Origin: Candidatus Thorarchaeota archaeon
GTDB lineage: Archaea > Asgardarchaeota > Thorarchaeia > Thorarchaeales > Thorarchaeaceae
DNA length: 64,000 bases
Direction: 5' to 3'
Assembly (NCBI GenBank): GCA_003345545.1
Contig: PRDH01000039.1
Location: 32,001 to 96,000, forward strand
The notes below the pieces were generated by a model, which ran no database searches, had not been told where the DNA came from, and was given only the letters and a program-made list of their open reading frames with translations. The first letter of the stretch is position 1; every line of letters starts with the position of its first letter. The position numbers were made by a program, and so were the translations under genes. Of this stretch, positions 40,523-49,599 are shown in pieces.

Positions 40523-41425
40523 TTGAGCGATAGGCCAGGATTTCTTGTGGTTTCCCAATCGGGATCGGGCCTTCAGACAATGGACTATGAGAGGAAAATG
40601 GTCCTTGCGAAGGATGTAAAATTCGCTGGAGAAGATGGTTCTCTCGAGCTGACTGATGTACGCCTCGTTTGGTACAAAGCCCCGAAGAAAACGAGCGGTC
40701 TGAAGAAGTTTGGAGCAATCGCTGGTGCAGTGGCTGGAGCCGCGCTCCTAGAAGGTGCTGGCAGGCAGCTGGGCGGCATTGGCGGGAGTCTCGTGCGTGG
40801 CGCAGGCCGGGGGCTAGGATATGTTGCAGTCGGTACTGCTGTGTCTCGCTGGACATCTGATTCATTCTATAACAAAGACGCCAAAGGAAATACAGAGAGT
40901 ATTGCAGTGCCCCTCCTGGCAATTGCCCAGGCAACACAGAGTGGTAATAAGCTCATTGTAGAGCTGAAGGCCGGGGGCAACATGCAGTTTGAGTTCAAGG
41001 AGAATAAAATGATTCCATCGATTGTTGCCAATGTTGACACAGCCCAAGACCAAGGCAAGTGTCCATATTGCGGAGCCGGAGCTGGTAATGTGTCAGCTTG
41101 TCCGAGATGTGGAGCTGCACTTGGAGGAAGTGGGCAAACCAGTAGCGGTGAAGCAGGAGCAGCGCATGTTTCCACAAGTGGTGGTTCTGGTAGACCTACT
41201 CATATCGATATCGGCCCCGCTGGAGGCGGCGGCGGCTCCGGATCAATGCGCATTACCTACTCAGTCGATAATGATGAGAGTGGCGAACCTAAATCAGTCG
41301 ATATAGACTACTCGGGCGATAAGGCAAGCAGTGGCAAAGGCGCTGGAGGATATTGTCCCAATTGCGGACAGCCCTATCCAGTCGGTGCCAGATTCTGTAA
41401 TGCGTGCGGGCAGAAGCTTAGTTGA
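40523..41425 (+). CDS. zinc-ribbon protein with PH/GRAM-like domain and glycine-zipper insert
   Basis: CPYCG..CPRCG and CPNCG..CNACG; GSLELTDVRLVW; Gly/Ala-rich hydrophobic insert. Confidence 0.7.
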   Translation: MSDRPGFLVVSQSGSGLQTMDYERKMVLAKDVKFAGEDGSLELTDVRLVWYKAPKKTSGLKKFGAIAGAVAGAALLEGAGRQLGGIGGSLVRGAGRGLGYVAVGTAVSRWTSDSFYNKDAKGNTESIAVPLLAIAQATQSGNKLIVELKAGGNMQFEFKENKMIPSIVANVDTAQDQGKCPYCGAGAGNVSACPRCGAALGGSGQTSSGEAGAAHVSTSGGSGRPTHIDIGPAGGGGGSGSMRITYSVDNDESGEPKSVDIDYSGDKASSGKGAGGYCPNCGQPYPVGARFCNACGQKLS

Positions 41426-41437
41426 TTCAGTTTTCTT

Positions 41438-41467
41438 GAAAAGGTTCCTCTACTGAGGAACCTTTTC
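41438..41467. terminator. 13-bp perfect inverted repeat between convergent genes
   Basis: GAAAAGGTTCCTC-TACT-GAGGAACCTTTTC. Confidence 0.7.
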
Positions 41468-41477
41468 TTCCTCTTCT

Positions 41478-42233
41478 TCATCTGAACATGTCTTCATTCT
41501 TAGGTCTGACAATGTCCTTCGCAGAATCATCATCTTTCAGGAATGCGTAGCCCCTGATGATGACTGCAGGAATCCCTTGTCCAGCTTGTCCCATCAACGG
41601 CTCGGCAAGTGAAGCTATCTCATCCACCTGACAAACAGTGGAACGTTGCAGGATTCTGCCATAGAGGTCACTTCTCCCCTTGTTATACTTGAACGGAGCA
41701 ATGCCTGCACAGCCAACAGCAATATTCACAGAGCCTCTTCGCCAAGGCCTTCCCTGAGTATCTGAGATGATGACCGCTAAACGCTTTCCTGACTCTCTCT
41801 CCATATTTCCCAGTAGCTTCCTTGCAGATGCATCGGGGTCTGCCGGCAGGAGAATATAGGTTCCCTTGGGAGCATTAGATCTGTCTACCCCACTAAAGTT
41901 GCATACTATCCCTGAGCGAGTTTCAGTGATTAGAACTCCTTTGCTTCTTATGACCTCGTTGCTCTCTCTGAGGGCAAGTTCCACCTGAACTGGGTCAAAG
42001 TTATTGTCATTAGCAATCTCTCTTGCCCGAGCAGAGATCTCCACAGACTCTCCAATGATCACTCTCCCCTCAGCCTTTGACACAATCTTCGACGCTACAA
42101 CGATGATATCGCCATCTTCGAGTCTGATTTCGAGTTCCCCAAGAGCTTCGAGTATCCGTCTGGATATGCTATCGCCGCTCCTGATACTCGGTATATTGGG
42201 TATGCCAATTGCATGAACACCTTGATGCGACAT
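41478..42233 (-). CDS. cofE: coenzyme F420-0:L-glutamate ligase
   Basis: SKIVSKAEGR, SGVDRSN, PADPDASA, SDTQGRPWR.G, DEIAS. Confidence 0.92.
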   Translation of the reverse strand: MSHQGVHAIGIPNIPSIRSGDSISRRILEALGELEIRLEDGDIIVVASKIVSKAEGRVIIGESVEISARAREIANDNNFDPVQVELALRESNEVIRSKGVLITETRSGIVCNFSGVDRSNAPKGTYILLPADPDASARKLLGNMERESGKRLAVIISDTQGRPWRRGSVNIAVGCAGIAPFKYNKGRSDLYGRILQRSTVCQVDEIASLAEPLMGQAGQGIPAVIIRGYAFLKDDDSAKDIVRPKNEDMFR

Positions 42234-42571
42234 TGTCCCAGTCTCTCATACCTCCTACTCATAAACATCTTTCTTCAATGCGAATCGAATTGCGTTTTCC
42301 TGCTAGTTTCTCCATTCTCATTGGTTGCTGCGGATACACATTACGGTACAGAAGGATTGGCTTCATGGACATAGTAGGCTCTAATGGATCCATCAACGTA
42401 GAGAAGAGGAGTTTGAAGGCATTAGCGACGGGAAAGAATAATATGCAATAGAAATCACTTCGAGAACACAGTCAAGATGCGCAAAGCATGTTGAAGCAGG
42501 GAAAGATTATCAACCGGATGCGAATTCAAGTATTGAGTCACAGCTGACGGTTTCTTGTGGAGTGACAGAAA

Positions 42572-44590
42572 TTGAGTCCTAATGAAGATGCGAGTCCAGA
42601 CAAAGAATCTAAACCAAAGCCAACTCCAACAGCAAGCCCAGTCGCAGGTGTAGGCGATATCAAGGAGGGAACAATTGCAAAGTTCATGCGCAAGAGGACT
42701 CAACTGGTTGGCTTTGAAACAGGTCTGAACAAGCACACTCAGTATTCTATTGAGTTTCTGGACAATGCCATCGATGCACTGGAGTCATGGTGGTGGAAGT
42801 CAAAGAAACGTCCTCGCCTCGCAGATAGACTGGAGCCTGAGATTATTGAGGAAGTCAAGAAGAAGCTTTCAGAGGGCTTGATCGACACAATTGCACTCAG
42901 CAAGCAACTTGAGAAAGACGTTCGAGCGGGAAAAGAAGTTCAACTTCCACCCAGGAAAAAGGAGACTCTTGAGGAGCGCATCACTGAGTTCAGAAAATTC
43001 GTTACACCCCTTCGAACTCTCATCACCAAGCGCGAGCCGCTGGTCGTCATGCAGATAACGGAAGTGCAGATGCCCGATCTCATCCCTATTGATGACGAGG
43101 AGGGTTTCAAGGTTTATGAATTCACCTGCTTTGATACTGGCGTGGGAATGGTTCCAGCAGACCTAGAGAAGTTCGGAATGTATCTGGCGTCGAGCAAGTC
43201 AGAAAAACTACGGCAGACAAGGGGAAGTCAGGGCTTTGGAGCTCCCTCTGCTTTCAGTGATGCCCAGAACACCACTGGCAAGCCGATATTTGCAGTCACC
43301 AAATGCTATACTTCTGAGCTTGCCACTGCGAGCAGCTTCTATACTACAACAGCGAATACCAAGGACTATGTTGGCGGACCGATAGACATGGATTTGCCAT
43401 TCAATCATGGCACTTATATCAGGCTCTACTATTTGAATATACAGTATCGAAGGGGCTATTCTGATATCTACGTAGAGATGGCATCCCTCCTGAACTCACA
43501 TGTGACGATCATCCTCATAGACCCGTATGGTGAGGTTCGTATCTATCCAAGAAGAGTCGCCAAATTCCCCGATGAACCAAAGTATGCGCAGCCCCACCCT
43601 GCGAGTATCAGAATCGGCGAGTTTCAAGATCTTCTTAGAGAGACTCCAGAATCTGATCTCAGAGGCTTCCTCACAAAGGCCTTCTGCCGTCTGAGCCCGA
43701 ACAAAGCGAAGACCATAGTCGATGAAGCAAGTAAAGAGCTGCGTAAGCGACATCTTGAACCCATAACTCTTCAGACACCTGCAGACTCACTGTCGAAGAC
43801 CGAAGTAGAGCTTCTCTATCGCGCGTTCTCCAGTGAAGAGTACATTGCCCCACCTACTGACACTGTTGTCACAGTAGGGGAGGAGGTTTTTGAACGGACG
43901 ATTATGGAAGCATACAAACCAGATTTCGCAGCAGCAGTGACCAGAAAACCTACATCGGGAAAAGGTCTGTCGTTCGCAGTTGAGGCGTGTATTGGTTATG
44001 GTGGCGAGATAAAACCCGCATCATCTGCTCCGATGGTACTCTGGAGGTTTGTCAATAGGGTTCCAAAACTGAGAGATAACAGCGACTGCGCTACTTGGAA
44101 GGCGTCGGCACAGGTCAACTGGAGGAACTACAAGGTTCAAACCTTTGATAACGGGATACCTCGTGGTCCAATAATGGTCTTCATTCATGTCTGCGGAGCC
44201 TATGTGCATGTGATGTTCAAGGGTCAATCGAAGCAGGCTCTGGCAGAGGATGAGGTGCTCATTCGAGAGATCAAACTGGCTCTAGAAGATGCAGGTCGGA
44301 AGTTCCGAAGATTCATCACAAGAAGAGAAACAGATCGGAGAAAGGCAAAGCGTGCAGGTATTCTTGCTATGTACGCCGACCAGTTTGCAGAGAGTCTGGT
44401 GTACATCGCCAATGATGGAAGGAAGAAGCCCCTCTTTGACGCTGAAACAATTGCGGGCCGAATCCGCGACTCCATCTCAGGCTTTGAAACTGAGGGAGAG
44501 GAAGACGAGTCTGAAGTAGGAGTGGAGGAGTCTGAACTTATCGCAGATCCGACCACTGATGATCTGGATTTCGATGACATAGGGAGTTGA
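42572..44590 (+). CDS. top6B: DNA topoisomerase VI subunit B
   Basis: GHKL motifs EFLDNAIDA, DTGVG, QTRGSQGFG; PHP, RFVNRVP, SKQALA, EIKLAL; acidic C-terminal tail. Confidence 0.9.
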   Translation: MSPNEDASPDKESKPKPTPTASPVAGVGDIKEGTIAKFMRKRTQLVGFETGLNKHTQYSIEFLDNAIDALESWWWKSKKRPRLADRLEPEIIEEVKKKLSEGLIDTIALSKQLEKDVRAGKEVQLPPRKKETLEERITEFRKFVTPLRTLITKREPLVVMQITEVQMPDLIPIDDEEGFKVYEFTCFDTGVGMVPADLEKFGMYLASSKSEKLRQTRGSQGFGAPSAFSDAQNTTGKPIFAVTKCYTSELATASSFYTTTANTKDYVGGPIDMDLPFNHGTYIRLYYLNIQYRRGYSDIYVEMASLLNSHVTIILIDPYGEVRIYPRRVAKFPDEPKYAQPHPASIRIGEFQDLLRETPESDLRGFLTKAFCRLSPNKAKTIVDEASKELRKRHLEPITLQTPADSLSKTEVELLYRAFSSEEYIAPPTDTVVTVGEEVFERTIMEAYKPDFAAAVTRKPTSGKGLSFAVEACIGYGGEIKPASSAPMVLWRFVNRVPKLRDNSDCATWKASAQVNWRNYKVQTFDNGIPRGPIMVFIHVCGAYVHVMFKGQSKQALAEDEVLIREIKLALEDAGRKFRRFITRRETDRRKAKRAGILAMYADQFAESLVYIANDGRKKPLFDAETIAGRIRDSISGFETEGEEDESEVGVEESELIADPTTDDLDFDDIGS

Positions 44591-46809
44591 GATTCTTGAG
44601 CGGAAAAAAGAAGACTAAGAAAGAACCGGAAATTGTGCAATCAACTCTTGGCGACCTCATTGAGGCAAAAACACAGAAGAAAACCACCTCAAAGAAGAAA
44701 TCAGAATCAAAGCCTCAGAAGAAAGCCGCATCAAAGAAGAAAACGGAATCAAAGCCTCGAAAGAAAGCCGCATCGAAGAAGAAGCCAGACGCAAAGCCTC
44801 AGAAAGAACGGAAACCATCTTCTAAGAAGACAAAACCAACCTCTACGAAAAGCACCAAGGCTCCGAAAAAACAAACGAAAAGTAAGACCGAGCAGAAGAA
44901 AGAAACTCCTGCAACCAAGAAAGACACCACCGAGATATCTCTGCAGATGCTACCCGGCATCGGACCGAAGCTCGCGGAGCGTCTCACAGCAGCTGGTTAT
45001 GGTTCAGTAGAACATCTGTCAAGAGCTCGTCCGGACTCACTCTCAAAGAAGGTTGATGGTCTAAGTAGTGCTGGAGCCAGCAGTCTAACTTCCGCCGCGA
45101 AAGACCTTTTGCGTAGGACGGAAACAAAGAGTCAGCCAACTGAAGAGGCTCCTCTGGATGAAGTTGCGGCATCTGAAATCCCTGAATCGAAGTTGAAGCT
45201 CACTGACATACCAGGGGTCGGAACAAAGCTAGCGCTATCTCTTGAGAGAGCAGGCTATACTTCGGTAGCTAGACTTTCACGCTCCCGCCCTGATGCTGTT
45301 GCAGCCAAAGTGGATGGCCTTAGCATAGCGAGCGCGACAAAGCTAGTTGCATCCGCCAAAGAACTTGAGCACGAGGAAGAGGTCGAGAGAATCATTGGTG
45401 AACCTGCTCCGATCATCGTTGCAGGAAAGGAAGACACAACGATAGCCAAGAAACAGGTAGAAACACCTGTGGAGAAGCCCATGGAGCAACCCAAGAAAAC
45501 AAAAGAAAAAGCTTCCAAGAAGAAGGAAAAGCCAGTAGAGGTTCCCATCAAGAAGAGAGCCAAGAAGGCTGCTGCTCCGCCCAAGAAGAAACCAAAACCC
45601 ATCAAGAAGAAATCTAACTTGAAGGTCTCTCCTGCCATCATTAAACTCGCTGCGGAGATGAAACAAAACTGGGCTGAAGCGGAGAGGACGGCAATGGAAC
45701 CCAAGTCGGAGGGAGAAATTGCACTAGCAGAGACTGTCGAGGTCATCAACCTGACAGCTGAAGACACAACTGACCGGTTGGTGGAAGCTGCTCTTGATGT
45801 CCTGAATGAAACAATGATGACGGGTCGTCCAGCATTTGAAATACCTAGTAGGAGCGGAGACAACATCGTGTGGGATGAGGTTCGCGACTTGCTTCTGCTG
45901 GGAATGCGTACGATCTCACGGCCATATCACTCTCTCGCATCAGTCGTTGACGCCACGCGTACTGCCAGAGTCATGGAGATTGTCTTCAATCTCCTGAAGG
46001 CGAATCTGCATGCAACGAAAAGAGAGATCTATTACAGTGATGTCAATCTATTCAGAGATCAAAAATACAGTGACAAGATCATCGAAGATGTAGCGTCAAT
46101 GCTGCAGACAACTCGTGATAGCGTACACATAGTTGCATCAGCTCGTGGCTCAGCAATGGGCAGAGTCACTATACGCGATGGCGGCGATGTTATTGATCTA
46201 ACCAAGATGGGAACTGGCGGTTGGGCTGTGACACCCTTCCTTGACCAACTGGAAATAATCGAGAGTGACGCAGAGTTTATTCTCTTGTCAGAGAAGGATG
46301 CAGCTGTCATGCGGTTGGCAGAGGCAAAGTATTGGAATCGTCAACCTTGCATAGTCATCACAGGAAAAGGTTCTGGGGACATTGCTACTAGGGCTTTTCT
46401 GAAAATGCTCGTGAAAGAACTAGAGATACCTGCGTTCTCTCTGGTGGACTCTGATCCCTATGGGCACTACATCTATTCTGTCTTCCTCAGAGGAAGCAAG
46501 CGGCTCAGCTATGAGTCTCCCTTCATTGCCACACCAGAACTCAAATTGCTGGGAGTCCTCAGCAGAGATTTGGACGAGTACAAGATTCCCAAATCAGTCA
46601 GAATCCCAATGCAGCCTGCCGATGTCAAGCGTGTCAAAGATATGTTGAAGGAACCATTTGTCCAGCGCAACAAACCTTGGGTTGAGGATCTTCAGTTGAT
46701 GCTCAGGATAAAGGAGAAGGCCGAGATACAAGCGTTCGCCAGCCATTCGTTCGAATACCTGACTGATGAGTACCTACCTAGGAAACTCGACACCGGCGAC
46801 TGGATCTAG
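44587..46809 (+). CDS. top6A: DNA topoisomerase VI subunit A (Spo11-like) with long Lys-rich/HhH N-terminal extension
   Basis: TKREIYY (catalytic Tyr), SEKDA, ITGKG, DSDPYG (TOPRIM), KAEIQA; overlaps top6B. Confidence 0.92.
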   Translation: MRFLSGKKKTKKEPEIVQSTLGDLIEAKTQKKTTSKKKSESKPQKKAASKKKTESKPRKKAASKKKPDAKPQKERKPSSKKTKPTSTKSTKAPKKQTKSKTEQKKETPATKKDTTEISLQMLPGIGPKLAERLTAAGYGSVEHLSRARPDSLSKKVDGLSSAGASSLTSAAKDLLRRTETKSQPTEEAPLDEVAASEIPESKLKLTDIPGVGTKLALSLERAGYTSVARLSRSRPDAVAAKVDGLSIASATKLVASAKELEHEEEVERIIGEPAPIIVAGKEDTTIAKKQVETPVEKPMEQPKKTKEKASKKKEKPVEVPIKKRAKKAAAPPKKKPKPIKKKSNLKVSPAIIKLAAEMKQNWAEAERTAMEPKSEGEIALAETVEVINLTAEDTTDRLVEAALDVLNETMMTGRPAFEIPSRSGDNIVWDEVRDLLLLGMRTISRPYHSLASVVDATRTARVMEIVFNLLKANLHATKREIYYSDVNLFRDQKYSDKIIEDVASMLQTTRDSVHIVASARGSAMGRVTIRDGGDVIDLTKMGTGGWAVTPFLDQLEIIESDAEFILLSEKDAAVMRLAEAKYWNRQPCIVITGKGSGDIATRAFLKMLVKELEIPAFSLVDSDPYGHYIYSVFLRGSKRLSYESPFIATPELKLLGVLSRDLDEYKIPKSVRIPMQPADVKRVKDMLKEPFVQRNKPWVEDLQLMLRIKEKAEIQAFASHSFEYLTDEYLPRKLDTGDWI
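44689..44814 (+). repeat. three degenerate 42-bp coding tandem repeats (14 aa, SKKKxxxKPxKKAA)
   Basis: units start at 44689, 44731 and 44773. Confidence 0.85.
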
Positions 46810-47015
46810 TAGTGGTCATAGTTCAGTTCTTGTTGCCACTGTGCTTCCCGGTCCGTGAACTGCTGCGTCCCAGAAATGGACGAGAACGAAAGATGGTCAC
46901 ATCAAATACCATCAATAAGCTCTCAACTATGCCTTAGTGAGAGTGATATCGACCTCATCTCTCGTGGAAAAACCTCGAGGCTGACCCGATTCAAACCACG
47001 GTAATGTCTTGCCAA

Positions 47016-48233
47016 TCAAGCCTTTCGGATTTTTCTATCTAGAATCTTCAAGCGCTTTGTATCCTCGCCCTCACGATACTTTGCTGCTGACTCCTGGTAC
47101 TTCGCAAGAGCATCTCTTGTTTCACCGGCTTTTGCAAGACGGTCTCCCTCATCCTCAAGAGACTTCCCCCAAGCTAAATAGGCGTCACGAGCTCGTTCAG
47201 CACATCGAGCTCGTTTCTTTGCATCAGTAGTAAACATATAGAGTTCTCGAGCTTTCTTGAACTGAACTACTGCCCACTCAAACTCACCTTCCTTTAGGTG
47301 ATTCTCTGCTTGCTCGTAATGAAACCTTGCCATATCGTCGTAGCCAACATCGATTCTCTTGGTGGCTTCTGCAAGGTTCTTCTCATTTCCTGATTTCTCA
47401 AACAGCAACTTTGCCATTTCGAAGTTCTCAATCGCTGCTTCGTGTTCGTTCTCTTGTAGGAGTCGATCTCCGTTCTCTACCCTTGCTTTTCCCAGTGCAT
47501 CAAAGACATATTGTGGGTATTCAAAGCCATCAGATGTTGGTATGTTTCCGCACGTTAGGCAAACCGGAGTTCCGAGTTCACCAAGAGGCTTCTTGAGCGA
47601 GATTCTTTCTGGTTTTCCGACGACCACATCAATGAAACTTGGACTTGTACTGCCTCTTCCCTCGGGGAATAAGTGCGCAACTGCATCCCTTGTAGCGTCA
47701 TCCCTTACTTCAGGAAAGAGATGAACCAACGCTTCATCAGTAGTGACCGCGATAGCATGAGCTTCGGCGAATACTCTTGGGGGCTCAATCTCCTTGAAGG
47801 GCATACCTTCCTTTATCTCTTCGACGCCCTCTTCCCAAGAGAGTTCACTTGGTGCTTTGCTGCTCTCTACTTCAAATGCAGGCGCCGGTGTAGTGACAGG
47901 GCTTAGTTCTCCTTCAGCTTCCGGGAGTTTCTCATCAGCAGGCAGCCCTGGCAATTCATCATCCCAACTTAGCTTCTCCGCAGAGCTTGATTCGGTGGAT
48001 TCAGGCAGAGATTGTCCGGCAATAGGTTCTAGTTCTGGGATATCTTCTAATCCTGATTCTTCAACAGCAGGCAGAACATCATCTACTCTATCCGAGAGTT
48101 GCGCCTCTGGAATCTGCTCAGGGAGGAGATTCTCTGGAATCTTATTCCCACACTTTAGGCAGAAAGTCGAACCTCTTCTCAGTTTTGCACCGCATTTAGG
48201 GCATTTTACGTGTTCTGACATTAGTTGAACCAC
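47016..48233 (-). CDS. zinc-ribbon plus acidic disordered linker plus TPR/SNAP-like helical protein
   Basis: CPKCG..FCLKCG; helical repeats such as AAIENFEMAKLLF, AVVQFKKARELY, ALAKYQESAAKY. Confidence 0.75.
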   Translation of the reverse strand: MVQLMSEHVKCPKCGAKLRRGSTFCLKCGNKIPENLLPEQIPEAQLSDRVDDVLPAVEESGLEDIPELEPIAGQSLPESTESSSAEKLSWDDELPGLPADEKLPEAEGELSPVTTPAPAFEVESSKAPSELSWEEGVEEIKEGMPFKEIEPPRVFAEAHAIAVTTDEALVHLFPEVRDDATRDAVAHLFPEGRGSTSPSFIDVVVGKPERISLKKPLGELGTPVCLTCGNIPTSDGFEYPQYVFDALGKARVENGDRLLQENEHEAAIENFEMAKLLFEKSGNEKNLAEATKRIDVGYDDMARFHYEQAENHLKEGEFEWAVVQFKKARELYMFTTDAKKRARCAERARDAYLAWGKSLEDEGDRLAKAGETRDALAKYQESAAKYREGEDTKRLKILDRKIRKA

Positions 48234-48336
48234 TTCAAGTTCTACTTTGTTTTAGCCTTAACACATTGGGAAAGATGCTGTAATTCTCTCGGGTTTCCAT
48301 ATGAACGCTTTTCGTACGGCATCGAGGAACTACACG

Positions 48337-48960
48337 TCAGCTGATGTAAACAAACGGATAGGTCAACGCAGTTATGATCACTCCCAAGAAGACCCCACTG
48401 ATTGATTGGATCATGGAATGCTGCTGCAAGACTGTTCTAGCCCATATGACCAGTATCCAGAGCAAGATCACAGGAGTCGCTATTGCTCCGAAGACGTATA
48501 TCAGTGCAGTTCCAGGTCCACCCACTCCAGCGCAATGCACAGAGACCTTTGTCCTCAGGCTGACAATTGTTACGCCCAAAGTCACAGTGAAATAGGCTGC
48601 GGCCAAAGCACTCATGACAGTACAGCTGTAGAGATGATACAGTATGAATGCCAGTACATAGCAGAGCAATGAAAAAAGAAAGAACTTGGTTCTGCTCTCC
48701 CGCTGAGACACATCCAGATCGATATTGCCTCTTGCCGCCTCAAAGATGATTGGTGAGATAGGCAAAACGACCATGAAGATGATACATAGCAGAAGTGATG
48801 TTGTTGGCGTCAGAGTCGACCCAAGACCTATCGGAGAATACCACGAAAAGATAATACCAACATAGAGGTTGATGAGCGGCGCTGGGGTCAATCTTGACAC
48901 AATGCGAGCAGCAGTGATTCTTCTTCCATGAAGCTCAATAAGCTCGTCTCCATATTTCAA
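48337..48960 (-). CDS. PAP2-like integral membrane protein
   Basis: about 6 TM helices; KVSVH and WAR.....HS..Q...G motifs. Confidence 0.7.
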   Translation of the reverse strand: MKYGDELIELHGRRITAARIVSRLTPAPLINLYVGIIFSWYSPIGLGSTLTPTTSLLLCIIFMVVLPISPIIFEAARGNIDLDVSQRESRTKFFLFSLLCYVLAFILYHLYSCTVMSALAAAYFTVTLGVTIVSLRTKVSVHCAGVGGPGTALIYVFGAIATPVILLWILVIWARTVLQQHSMIQSISGVFLGVIITALTYPFVYIS

Positions 48961-49168
48961 GGATTCATTTCTCCGGATGGAAGTGCACCAGAAGCATTAG
49001 ACTTTTCATCTTTTCCCCTGAAATCATCCTTCTGATGAGCATTCCGTTTTACCTTAACTGGTCACTAATGGGCGGAACATATGACAACAAACCTTTTCTT
49101 TGTCATCTGCCACGTTTTCTTCCAAGAGAACCACAGAATCCGCTAGGATGTGCGACATAATGCCAGCA

Positions 49169-49468
49169 ATGCCAAAGCGAGAGATATTCGAGAGAATCAT
49201 CCAAAACATTACGAGCAAGTTTCCTGACGTTTACGCAGCACTATTCATCAGTCCTGAGGGATTTCCTATCAATACTTGGGGCGTTTCATTAGAACGAGCT
49301 GAGGAAATCTCAGCGTTACTAAGCTCCTTGATTGGTAAGACATTGGAGATAGTCAAGGGAGTTAAGGAAGGGGGTCTGCTGTCCTTCATCCAGATTCAGA
49401 CGAATATGGGCGGCATACGAATCGCACCTCAAGAGGAGTTCATCTTGGTCACGTTGACCAAGACATAG
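49169..49468 (+). CDS. Roadblock/LC7 domain protein
   Basis: AALFISPEGFPI, EISALLSSL, IQIQTNMG; about 100 aa. Confidence 0.8.
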   Translation: MPKREIFERIIQNITSKFPDVYAALFISPEGFPINTWGVSLERAEEISALLSSLIGKTLEIVKGVKEGGLLSFIQIQTNMGGIRIAPQEEFILVTLTKT

Positions 49469-49599
49469 ATGGACCATCAGTCGGAAAGCAGTTGCATATC
49501 ACTCGGAAAGTCCACTAGTGCTATTTTTATACTCTGTGAATCGATTACTGCATGTCCACGAGCAGATGCAATGTTGAGCATCTGAGGGAGGCCTTCATA

